From positions 1-64,000 of the forward strand of contig NIVC01001416.1 in the NCBI GenBank assembly GCA_002269645.1: a DNA stretch of 64,000 nt. Direction: 5' to 3'. Made by a program: the position numbers and the translations under genes. The notes beneath the pieces were generated by a model. That model made no database searches and was not told the origin of the DNA. It worked only from the letters and a program-made list of their open reading frames with translations. Positions 1 to 11,426 of the stretch are shown piece by piece. How positions within the stretch are numbered: the stretch's first letter is position 1; each line of letters begins with the position of its first letter. Source of the stretch: Macrostomum lignano (lineage: Eukaryota).

Positions 1-446
<446 letters not shown>

Positions 447-940
447 CAGCATTCAGAGATTTGAGTCGGGTGGGTGAGCACAGGAGAGGCTGCAGCAGCC
501 CCAGCAGCGGGTCCCAGACTTATTGAATTAATCCCCTGACAGCCGCCCATCTTCCAGCCGCCTTTCCAGGGCAGTGACCGCGGCGCCCCCACAGCCGCAG
601 TCTCCCGCTTTGCTCAGCTCAGCGGATTTCACTTTCCTGTCCACTCTGGCAGACTCTGTTTCTTCATCTCCGAAGTCTCCCAATCCCAGGCCTCCTATTT
701 TATCCTATTAGTTTTATGGCGCCCCAGGCTCCGGGTGCAAAGAAGAATATTTTTGTGAGCTCATACTAACAGTAATAAGAAGAATAATAATAATAAATAT
801 CGCTGTCAATATCCCCTCTGCATCCTGCATCCTACTTGGCCCAACAGTATAGCCCCAATACGTAATCCTTTGATGTTGAGTTTTAGCTCAGTAATTACTA
901 TTAATTAGCGAGTGAGCCTTCGTTCAGGCATCCGTTCCGA

Positions 941-1010
941 CTCAGTCTGGCTGAGTCTGGCTGAGTCTGGCTGAGTCTGGCTGAGTCTGGCTGAGTCTGG
1001 CTGAGTCTGA
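941..1010. repeat. 10-bp tandem repeat (ctgagtctgg), ~7 units
   Basis: Direct reading of the sequence. Confidence 0.95.
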
Positions 1011-1374
1011 GTCTGGGCTCATATTCGTACTTCCCCCCTATTTGCAACTCGCGCTGTTGCAGACATTTCCCATGGGTTGGCGGCCGCAGCTAAAAGTATC
1101 AATTTATCCGGCTTGAACTCCGAGTCTGCATCCTGAATGATTGATTTCCGCGGATGCATATTGGTGTGCATATGTGGGCGGGTTGCTGCTGCTAATGCTC
1201 CTTAATTATTCCGGTCTTTTGGAGATAAGAACAGCTGAGCAGACTGTAGGACATGTACTGTACAGCAAGGGTGATGAGTCTCACTTGGATTCCTGCAGAC
1301 ATTTTGTACAGCCGAGACTAACACAATATGGAAGTCTAAAATGCATTACCGAGATAGGAAGTTTCTGCTGCTTA

Positions 1375-1850
1375 AGCTACAGAGAGGGCGCCAGCTACAG
1401 AGGAGGCGCCAGCTACTGAGGAGGCGCCAGCTACAGATGGGGGCCAGCTATAGAGGGGGCGCTAGAGATACAACAGGCGCCATTACAGAGGGGGCGCCAG
1501 CTACAGAGGGGGCGCCAGCTACAGAGTGGGCGCCAGCTACGCTACAGAGGGGGCGCCAGCTACAGAGTGGGCGCCAGCTACAGAGAGGGCGCCAGCTACA
1601 GAGTGGGCGCCAGCTACAGAGAGGGCGCCAGCTACAGAGAGGGCGCCAGCTACAGAGAGGGCGCCAGCTACAGAGAGGGCGCCAGCTACACAGAGGGCGC
1701 CAGCTACAGAGTGGGCGCCAGCTACAGAGTGGCGCCAGCTACAGAGTGGGCGCCAGCTACAGAGTGGGCGCCAGCCACAGAGTGGGCGCCAGCCACAGAG
1801 GAGGCGCCAGCTACAGAGTGGGCGCCAGCTACAGAGTGGGCGCCAGCCAC
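1375..1850. repeat. 18-bp minisatellite (gggcgccagctacagagt/g), ~25 units, some of 17 bp
   Basis: Direct reading; produces the ATEWAP/GRQLQS/GASYRV ORFs in all three frames. Confidence 0.95.
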
Positions 1851-1902
1851 AAAAGTCCCTGAGACTGCTTCTGAAAGCTGGCTACATCAAGCTGCTTGTC
1901 AG
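1835..1902 (+). CDS. Possible coding exon fragment (SGRQPQKSLRLLLKAGYIKLLV), product unknown
   Basis: Protein-like open frame leaving the repeat and ending at a strong donor (gtcag|gtgagt at 1902/1903); no family recognised. Confidence 0.3.
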
Positions 1903-2665
1903 GTGAGTGAGTGCATGGCTGAGCTTGCCATCAACCGAATCCCAGCCATTCTTGTCGGGTTTCATCCATGTACTCGCGCTGTCGAAGAAGAGTGAGAGAA
2001 ATTGTAGCAAGCGGATGGAGAAACGGGAAAGTCTGAAGTGACCTGAAGGATGCTTAAACGGCAAGAAACACAGTGCATTTGCCACCCCATAATTTCCTGC
2101 AGAGCACTCGGAGAGAGGACTGCATGTGTTTCGCCATTCTGTTTCAAGCTTCTTTGATCGCACGGGCAAGGAGTGTGGGGTGGCAGCGGAGCCCTTTTAA
2201 TTCCTTCCCCATTTCCCTCTATTTTTCACTGTATTGATTGATTCGCAAGCTGACATCGATTTTCCCAGCCTTGGGTCGCGGCCTCTAGTAATGGTATGGT
2301 TGTTGGTTTGGAGGCCTCTGACTTTCTTTTCATTTTTTAAAAAACCTAATCAATTATTCATCTAAGCTAACAAACCGCGAAGTAGCTCTCAAGTTTTTTG
2401 ATGAAAAAATGGCTTTAGAAATTCTTGATTGGATTTTTTTAAAGGAGTACAGTAGCTCACAAGCTTTAGTCCTGGGTAAACATAGCAATAGATTGAAGTT
2501 GGAAATATGGAATCCGTAATCCTAAAGTTAATTAGTTTCGAGAAATTAGGAAAGTTTTTAAAAGTTCGTACTATGCTTATTAATACTAACTAGTCGAACA
2601 ACAATGCCCTTTCAGATGCTTGTCCTTCTATATCACCAGACTGTAGCCTCTCCTATAATTAAAGC

Positions 2666-2945
2666 GTCACGTGACTCTGGCTGACTCGAATGTACATTTT
2701 ATTTAACTTTCTCTCGCAACTAAGTGTCCCGTTATTGCGGCAGAAATGAATGTACATTCGATCAATCTATAATGTACATTGTACAATAAAAAAGCTGCTT
2801 TACTTTCTCTCAACTACATGTAAGTGTCACGTGACTGCAGCAGAAATGAATGTACATTCTAGCCCTCTAGTGCATTAAACTGTTAAAATTGGCTTTACTT
2901 CTCTCGCAAATAAGTGTCACGTGACTCCTGCGGCAGTGAATGTGT
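2666..2945. repeat. Degenerate ~55-bp repeat (3-4 copies, variable spacers) containing three GTCACGTGAC E-box palindromes
   Basis: tttactttctctcgcaactaagtgtcacgtgactgcggcagaaatgaatgtacatt-like units; GTCACGTGAC at 2666, 2826 and 2916. Confidence 0.7.
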
Positions 2946-4947
2946 ACATTGCATTATCCTCCTACGTACATTTAACAATCGAACTAGACACGCGAGTCAG
3001 TTCAGCAGAGTCTTGAATTCTACAATATGTCCCAGTAACTGACTGCTACTCCAGCTCCCTAAATCAGTGTATAAATAGAATTACGAGCTTAGACCTGAGT
3101 GCCTTGCAAAGCAAATTAATCTGGCCCTTCGAAAAGTACGACCTTCTTTCTTTTTTCTGCGTGACTGGTACCGAGTAGTCCTTATCCTAAGGCTGAGAAG
3201 TATTCATCCCAAGCCCGTCGTCACTTATAGGTGCAAAAATAGACTAATAATAATACAGGCCGTAAAAACACACACTGGAAAGACAAACTGCTTGCCCGGC
3301 TGAAAGGAGATGAAAAGACAGTGAGAATATAAAGAAGAAGATTATCGATTTCCTACAGCCTTCTTTTTGTGTTTGCCCCCGATCGATATAAGCTGATCAG
3401 CGGGGTGCTTCAAGGGGCTGAGCCAATTCCTCCCTTCGATGATGAATCGCCACTGACTCGCGTAGATTCTCATGTAGATTTTTTGTTTCAAGCATTTTTG
3501 TCCTCTACTTGCGGAACCTCCCCGCCACTAGTTGCCAATTAGTGGGACCTGCATGGCTTCTTAAGTCATTAGCTATTCTAGTCCCCGCAAAAAAAGCATG
3601 CAACAAACAAACCTTTAGTAATGTGCTCTATCTATAGCTGCTGGTTTTAAGTAGCAATTCTCATCTGGACTAAAAGGTCTACGAAAAATAGTGCAGCTCA
3701 TTAAGGACTGGGGCTACGAAGGTGAGATCGGTTTTGAAGTGCACGGAAGATGCCAGCCCCAACGAAGGGGCAGAGAGGCGGAAGTTGGACGTCAGTTTAG
3801 AGGGCTCCGACACTGGTTTTGAGAGGATGCTGACGCATTGACGGTACTCCCGAAAATTTTCTTATTATTCCCGTCTCTGGTGGTGTTTTTTGTCTAGCGC
3901 GGATTTCTCTATGGCAAATCTCCATTTCGCGCTGGGCAAAAATCCGTTTAGACAACAGCAAAGAGTTGGGGAGTAGCCAAACCCTAATGATATCTAATTG
4001 CATCGATCGAAGCACCTGAAAAGTTTGCCTCAAAGTGGACAAGTCCAGAAGTTATAGGTGAGATATTGAAAATTGAGTGCAGAGAAAACTGAAAACTTCC
4101 TGAATCGCCTGTGGATTTTAAATAAGAAACTTTAGGTCAGTGTAAAGTGTCTTTGCAAGCTCGTACTTTAGGTGTCCAAGAACAACCCTCTTGAGAGAAG
4201 ACAATCCGACTGACTGAAAGACCATCTAATATAAGAGGAGCACTTTGAAAATCAACTTTGAAGACAGAGTGCAATATTTAGTGCCACTGGGAGCTGAGCA
4301 GCTGAACAACTGTGCTGTCAAAGTGCGCAGCCAGCCCGGAGGGTAGATGCAGTATCGGACGATGATGTGGCAAGAGAGAAAAAATCGAACAGACCACGAC
4401 AGAAATCGAAAGAGAGAGAGAGAGAGATCGAGCGAGAGACAGACGACTATATAGCGTCTCTCAATTTTCAGGCAATTTCTTCTCGACCAAATCGAGAAAA
4501 TGTTCGCTAGAGAATCCAATATTCGGTGTAGCCAATTGCAATTCTGATCCACTCTGCTCAGCCCATCAGCTGGCTCAGCAGAGTGGTGGAGTGACAGTCC
4601 GAAGGGTACTCAAAGAGCTCAGATGACGCGGCTTTTCTGTGTCAAGTTAAATTTGATTGTAAATGACGTAAAATTCATAGATGCCAGACAACTTGCTGCG
4701 GAATTACGTGTTGGGCCTATTTTTGATTATCTGTACATGTACGTGAATTTGTAATGCACATCATACGAGTATATAAGCTACATCTATTACAGCCAAGCAC
4801 AGTACAAATCGAATAATATACAATTAATTTTTATCGCTTTTTGTATGCTCTATGTTGCATGACGTTTCAGAATTCCAAACTATCTGAAGCCCCTGGTGTT
4901 AAAGCCATTTGGTGCCCCTTGGTGCCCCACCTGCACTCAACACCCGC

Positions 4948-5208
4948 CTATCTTGGGAGAAGGTGGTTGAAGACCTCATACCCTTCGAGATCGGCTGCGA
5001 TCCCAGAGCCGCCAGCCCTGACTTGCACCATCCGGTCGAAGTACTCAGCTCCGAATGCGTAAATATCCGGCGGCTGAGAGCGTAGAACTTCGCGCGCAAA
5101 GCTCTCGAGTAAAGCTTGGAATCCTTTCGGTATGCGTAGCGTACGCTTTTGCTCGGCTGCGCTGCTGTCAATCCGTGCATCAGGATGGGCTGCTTCAATG
5201 CTGGACAT
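4948..5208 (-). CDS. RIIa-type dimerization/docking (D/D) domain protein, Sp17/ropporin/CABYR-like; probably the first coding exon
   Basis: LRIPKGFQALLESFAREVLRSQPPDIYAFGAEYFDRM matches the Sp17-family D/D motif (IPxGFxxLLExLAREILRxQPxNIxxFAAxYF); ATG at 5208 directly after an AG; probable donor gaagg|gtatga at 4982; later exons not resolved. Confidence 0.85.
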   Translation of the reverse strand: MSSIEAAHPDARIDSSAAEQKRTLRIPKGFQALLESFAREVLRSQPPDIYAFGAEYFDRMVQVRAGGSGIAADLEGYEVFNHLLPR

Positions 5209-5475
5209 TGCTGGCTAGCCGTACTAGTTCTGAGATTAAATGTCTAGGAATGAAGAAAAATAATGCAAGCATACATAAAAAGCTATTTAAAACTTGGCTT
5301 TTGACAGAGATGTAATATTTTACATTTTTCGAAGCTATAGGACAAACTAAACTATTTTTGCAGAGGTGACCTTTACTCATGCCGCCGGTGATCCAGCATG
5401 ATTTGCGTTTCCATGCAATTTATTTCGCTATGATCCAGACAATCAATTGAAATTGAATTTGACTAAAAATGTGTG

Positions 5476-5865
5476 CCTAGAGGACATTCTGTTTCTCAAA
5501 CTTAGCAGATCTTGTCTCTGTGCCATTCTTAGCAGATCTTCTCAATCTGCTCGATTCTTGCAGGATCTTCTAAGAAGGGAGGTAAACTTGTTTTATCATT
5601 AATTTGGCTAAAGTGCTCTACATGTAGCTTTATTATTTTTTATTTTATGGCAAAATGGGACAATAAATTTAATAAAATATGCGATTCGAAGCTATACAAA
5701 GATATAAGTTAAGATCTTGTACGATGTAGCAAGTCGCCCAGATCTGGTAGGTATACCTAAGTATTATCATAGCGAAGATCTTGCACGTTCTTGCAAGTAG
5801 TTGCGCAGCAACCCAAGAAGATAGATAAGATCTGTTAAGAATCAACAAGCCAATGTCTTCTAGGG
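5476..5865. mobile_element. Small MITE-like element, possibly CMC/EnSpm type
   Basis: Terminal inverted repeat cctagaggacatt ... aatgtcttctagg (12/13) and many internal aagatct sub-repeats; TSD not evident. Confidence 0.45.
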
Positions 5866-6272
5866 ATATAAGGCTACTACATGAATAATGTATATGCCCG
5901 CGAGTTACCCAACCATTGATTTCAAATAGCTAATAATAAATAGTATTACATTCCAATTGTTTTTTGGAAATTTCATTTCTTTTGCTATAAATAAACCTCA
6001 GCCGATTTTTAACATTTTACTCTACAATTAAACATAATTCATAATGATTTAATACTCTATAGCGTTTGCAATAGAATAGAAACATATGTGCTTGCAAACA
6101 ATTTTGTCTGAAACTAAGGCGACAAAGAGACATAACTTGATGATTTCAAAGTTTAATTGTTATGAAAATATTTAATTACATTACAGCTAATTGTGTCGAA
6201 ATCCTGCAATAATCAATTAAGTAGCGTTAAATAAATTCATGTCAAATTCTGTCTGCATCGCACACATCATAC

Positions 6273-6361
6273 CTGGTGATCTGGGCTTCTGAACTCGTTA
6301 TGTTCCGGCACGCTGTTGTTGAGTTTGAACGTGGCATATGGTATCACGGCTGGGGATGCTC
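6273..6361 (-). other. Putative orphan exon (89 nt)
   Basis: Minus strand tttaaatgcag|...gatcaccag|gtatga; one open frame (ASPAVIPYATFKLNNSVPEHNEFRSPDHQ); could be a 5'UTR exon of the D/D gene. Confidence 0.3.
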
Positions 6362-9300
6362 CTGCATTTAAATAATTATCGTGCAGCAAGTCAAAAATCA
6401 GAATTTAAAGTTTATATGCTTATGAAAAAAAGTTTATAAATTTTAAATAGTTAAGGCAGCAATTTTTTGTGTATCCATATTACTTACTAAAAAAATTTCA
6501 ATTTTTGTTATACATGTCTTGCAACAAAAAAATTTTCTTTGAGTTTCAAAAACTCCCGAAATTATTTTAATAAAAGTCAATATGATTAGATAGCCCTTTG
6601 ATTTGCCCTGCGGCCTGCGCTGCGACATGCTGCGTGCTTAGTAGCCAGCCTCAGTAATAGAATTTCATCTCCTTTGTCCGTCAAGTTTGATTCATCCTTT
6701 TGTTTCGGAGATTATCAATATTAACCTCTTATTTATTATCTGGATATCTAGACATTTATGTTAAGCCCACTTTGAACTTTATCATGTCTCATCATGACTA
6801 TTGACTAGGCGGGCTGGTCGCTGGGCCTAGCCTAGGCCCTAGGCCTATGCTATGGAAATGGGATGGGCTAAGTTATGACTAGCCTAAATTGACCATTGGG
6901 CCTTGTCTGATGAGTTCTGCTTGTCTATTTATGAAACTTTCAGACTTTCATTTTCAAGAACTTTAGTCTTTAGGCCCTATTTTTAGCTATTTTACTATTT
7001 TAGCTTCATGTAACTTTTAACATGTATTTGGCAGTGCTTATGCTTATCTGATCCCCATAGGTGGTGGGAGCTTGCAGCATCAAGGGCATATGCTTCCCCA
7101 GAAAATGAGTTCACGCGGTAATTTTTAGTGCTTTTTCTGATTTTAGGCCCTAACTAGCAGTTACAAAGGTGCCCCCTTGCCCTGTGCCTGGTGCCCCCCC
7201 CCTAAAATATTAGGCTCCGCCGCCTTGCTGATCCCTAAGGTAGGGCCTACCATAGGAATAGTTTCTCTCCTATTCCTATGATACTATAGGCCCCTACTAG
7301 GAAGGAATTTTTTGTTTATCCACATGAATCATATATAGGCCTACATAACTAAAACTGAATATTAACTGATAATTGTTAATAAGCATTAATCCCTTGAAAT
7401 TAATATAGAAAATATAGAAATCTTGTACTTTTTTCCAAAATAGTCAATAGAATTCATAATGCACTGTTTGCTTTTCCATCTTTTTTAATTTTAGTGAAAC
7501 ACAGAGTTCACTAGTTATCCAAGCAATTAAAAAACTAAAACACTAATAAATAATAATTGTAAAAGCTTGTATATCAAATACTATTCAAAGTAAGTATAAG
7601 ATAAAAAAATTATTTATTTATTTGAAATTTAAAGGCAAATTAGTTAATAAAATAAAGATTATTTCAGAAACATTAGCAAGTGCAGCAGAAATTTACAAAA
7701 TATTATAAAAGAAGTGAATCAAAGCAATCAATTTTTAGAAGTAGGCAATAAAGTTGACAATTTCAATTCACTATTAAAGTTTGTTAGTAAGAAGTTATTA
7801 TATTTGCATTCATGCATAAACTATGAAATTAATTAATCATTTAGGTAAATTCAAATATATTGATGATGTTGTAACTTCTTATTAGACTTATATTTTTGTT
7901 CTTTCTTTGCATCATTGGCAATTGATATCAATAACATTAACAATGATTAAATAAATTTGTTTTTAACTCACAAAGTTATTAAAATGAATTTATTAGTCTA
8001 TTAGTGCAAAAAATCTTAATAGCAGTCTAATAATATTAATGAAAAGTCTTAATGCTTATTTATTAATGGATTAATGCTTATTAATGGACTGGTACCCAAC
8101 ACTGGTTATTATACTGTGATAAAACTATAAGTAACAAACTAAATTATTCTTTATAGTAGCTGTAAAAAAAGTAGGTGATTGATTTAGATGGCCATTATTT
8201 TGTTTCTTAAAGTTATTCCATATTAAAAAAATTCAGTTTGGAGGAAGGTTCAAGAAACCACAAGAACATTCTAGACAATTGAATATTATATTATAAATAT
8301 TTTAGTAGTAATGGTACAGGGTATTATTAGCATAATTGCCAATAAATTTTGTTAGGCTTATGGTGCAATATATAGCTAATTATTGAAGTTGTGCCCATTT
8401 GTTTTAGAATGATTTGAAAGTAGGGCTTTGGCATAAAATAGGTTTACATAAAGGTGACCAGTATAGCTAGCATTTAGATTAAGATATATTAGCTTTAGAT
8501 ATAACATTTAAATGATATGATCTATATATTAGTACTATGATCTATATATTATCAAGAATTTGTTTGTTTAAAATATTTTTAATGCTAGAAAGACTTGCTA
8601 ATTTAACTTTTATTTATTATTATGAAAGGTAGCAATAGTCATAATACTAATAGTAACAGATTTATTCATCTTGTTTATCTTAATGTTTGCAATTTTTTGG
8701 CATAGTATACATTTCTAGCTATAAAAATGGCAACAAGATTCAAAACACAAGACAAAAATACAGGGTATAAAATGCTATTTTCATAGGGGCATATAGTAAA
8801 AAAATAGGTTTAATGAAATTTTATTAGTAAATAAAGCAATATATATTTTTCTTTATATCTAAGTGTTTAGTTTATGATGTTACTTTTATATGGATGCTTG
8901 TTTAGTTTATTTCATTTGTAGAGAAACATTTATTTTGAATTATAAAAAATCTTAGCTTTAGGTTTATTTAGATCTAACTTTTTAAAATTTCTGTGCTATA
9001 CCTAAATTATAATAAATTAGAAATTAAATAAATTGTTTAAATTTAGAAAGTGAATATCTAGTATTTTAGGATCTGTGTAGTTTAAATAGTATAAGCTAGG
9101 TTTTTTCAAGTTCCAAAACTGTAGTGTTGAACTCAAAACTTAAACTCAAAATGCCATTTAGCATCAATAATGTCTACCAACATTGATAGTTAAAGAAGTC
9201 TACAGACTGCTCAAAATTGAAAATCAATGGAAGTCTTAAAATCTCAGTAATTAAAATTTTTATTCTTCAAATAAGATATGAATTGCAAAAATTACATTTA

Positions 9301-9544
9301 TTCAATATGGTATCCAGTTCATAAAAAACAGGGTGCCAATTTGATATCTGCAGTCCAAATTCAGAATGCCAAAATTAAAGTTGATGTGTGATAACATATG
9401 CTATAGCAAAAAGACCCAGTCTAGCAGATATTAAAATAAGCATGCTTAAAAACAAAGGTTGAAGAATTTTCCAATTAACCTGGCAATATTAAATTCCCAT
9501 TTAAAGCCATTGGCTGCACCTGTAAATTCCAAGACTGCCTGTTC

Positions 9545-11426
9545 ATGCCCAGACGAAAGTTATCAACATCTATGGGCCTGTTGTCATGTTTTGGCGCAAG
9601 ACGAGTACCCAGCAAGGTAATGCTGCTGAGTATGGCTACATTTTTTAAATCTTTTTTACTCATATCTGATCTAAGAAACCATGAATTGATCCTTAATTTT
9701 ATATTTCATTTTTAAGTCCCCAAAACAGTGAAATTAAGAAGTTAGTAGAAGTTATAGAAGTTAATGCTCTCAGTTGTACTGAACTAAATCCCTCCCAGAT
9801 CGCACAATCAAGCTAAAATCCCTCCCAGATCTCACAGTAAAGCTAAAATCTCTCCCAGATTCCATAATCAACCTAAAATCTCTCCCAGATCCCACAGTCA
9901 AGCTAAAATCTCTCCCAGATTCCACAGACAAGCTAAAATCCCTGATCCCAAATCCCACAATCAAGCTAAAATCTCTCCCAGATTCCATAATCAACCTAAA
10001 ATCTCTCCCAGATTCCATAATCAACCTAAAATCTCTCCCAGATCCCACAGTCAAGCTAAAATCTCTCCCAGATTCCACAGACAAGCTAAAATCACAGATC
10101 TCACAATCAAGCTAAAATCTCTCCCAGATTCCATAATCAACCTAAAATCTCTCCCAGATCCCACAGTCAAGCTAAAATCTCCCAGATCCCACAGTCAAGC
10201 TAAAATCTCCCAGATCCCACAATCAAGCTAAAATCCCTGATCCCATATCCCACAATCAAGCTAAAATCCCTCCCAGATCCCACAATCAAGCTAAAACCCC
10301 TCGCAGATCCCACAGTCAAGCTAAAATCTCTCCCAGATCCCACAATCAAGCTAAAATCTCCCAGATCCCACAGTCAAGCTAAAATCCCTCCCAGATCCCA
10401 CAATCAAGCTAAAATCCCTCGCAGATCCAACAAGCAAGCTAAAATCCCTGATCCCAGATCCCACAATCAAGCTAAAGTCCCTCCCAGATCACACTCCAGA
10501 CTTCTTAGTATCAAAAGAACTAACTCTAATATAACAGTGTGTACTTTCATTCCCAGCGCCGGCCAATCGATCCCAGCATGATCGGCGATCCCGTGGATTT
10601 TCGACACACCGGCCACATGGGCTGCGGTGCCGCGGCAGATCTTGACGTGAGTTCCCTTTACCTGCCTTCCTGTCCGCCTCTCTGCATCCTATAAAGTGCG
10701 AAGTCTCATTCTTTTCAGATGTCCAGCTCCGGCGCTGACTCTTCGCGTTTCGGTGGAATCTCCAGTCCAGCTGCGGCTGACGGTAATAACCCGACTCGAG
10801 ACGGCGGCGTTGGAGGCGGCAGCGGCGGCGGCGGTCCCTCCAGCGGCCGGTACATCGACTTGGCGGCGTTGCGCGAGAGAAACTTCGATTTGGGCCAGTT
10901 GAGCGCGCACTTCTCCGGTCCCAGCGTTGGAGGCGCCAGGTGAGCCTGTGGGGCGGATTGGAGGGGCGGAACTGGTTGGGGAAATGGATTCGAGGGGTGG
11001 AACTGGTTGGGGAAGCGGATTCGAGGGACGGAACTGGTTGGGGAAGCGGATTAGAGGGGCGGAACTGGTTGGGGAAGCGGATTCGAGGGGCGGAACTGGT
11101 TGGGAAAGCGGATTGGAGGGGTGGAACTGGATGAGGAGCGGATCTGAGGGGCGGAACTGGTTGGGGAAGCGGATTGGAGGGGTGGAACTGGATGAGGGGC
11201 GGTACTAGTGTGGAATAAAATGCAGTGCTGCACCGCATTGGGCAGGCAAGCGTCCCGAGGCCCTGCACTGCCGAAGCCATCAGCAGGCGGCCCACTGGAC
11301 ATCACCAACTGCTTCCTGACTGGAAGCGGCAGCGGGGTTAGGGGCGGCAGAGGCGATGGCGACTGTATAAACAGCAGCGGCAGCGATGCGGGCGGATTGG
11401 ACCTATCTGGACTGCAGGACCAATAA
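9545..11426 (+). CDS. CDC42SE: CRIB-motif protein, CDC42 small effector (SPEC/CDC42SE)-like; exons 9545(or 9572)-9616, 10557-10646, 10719-10939, 11246-11426
   Basis: Hand-spliced: MPRRKLSTSMGLLSCFGARRVPSK|RRPIDPSMIGDPVDFRHTGHMGCGAAADLD|MSSSGADS...GGAR|QASRGP...LQDQ*. RRPIDPSMIGDPVDFRHTGHMG aligns with the CDC42SE motif RRRIDRSMIGEPxNFxHxxHxG. All junctions are GT-AG with compatible phases (0,0,2); the last acceptor is weak. Confidence 0.8.
9785..10490. repeat. ~30-bp minisatellite (aagctaaaatctctcccagatcccacagtc), ~23 units, fills most of CDC42SE intron 1
   Basis: Direct reading. Confidence 0.95.
10950..11203. repeat. ~31-bp G-rich minisatellite (gaggggcggaactggttggggaagcggattc), ~8 units, fills CDC42SE intron 3
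   Basis: Direct reading; starts ~10 nt after the donor at 10940. Confidence 0.93.

Noticed and set aside
2666-2945. CRISPR-like repeat-spacer pattern
   Set aside because: Repeats are ~55 bp and degenerate, spacers are irregular, there are only 3-4 units, and the genome is eukaryotic
3600-4560. Possible decayed transposon or additional exons
   Set aside because: Short ORFs on both strands with no motif I could recognise and no termini found
6443-6628. ORF MSQRRPQGKSKG as first exon of the D/D gene
   Set aside because: No canonical donor in a position that links it to the downstream exons
7300-9400. AT-rich stretch (likewise ~60500-63000)
   Set aside because: No ORF, repeat or motif beyond ordinary intergenic or intronic composition
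9770-11308. Minus-strand and alternative-frame ORFs over the 30/31-bp arrays
   Set aside because: By-products of intronic minisatellites and of the GC-rich CDC42SE exons on the other strand
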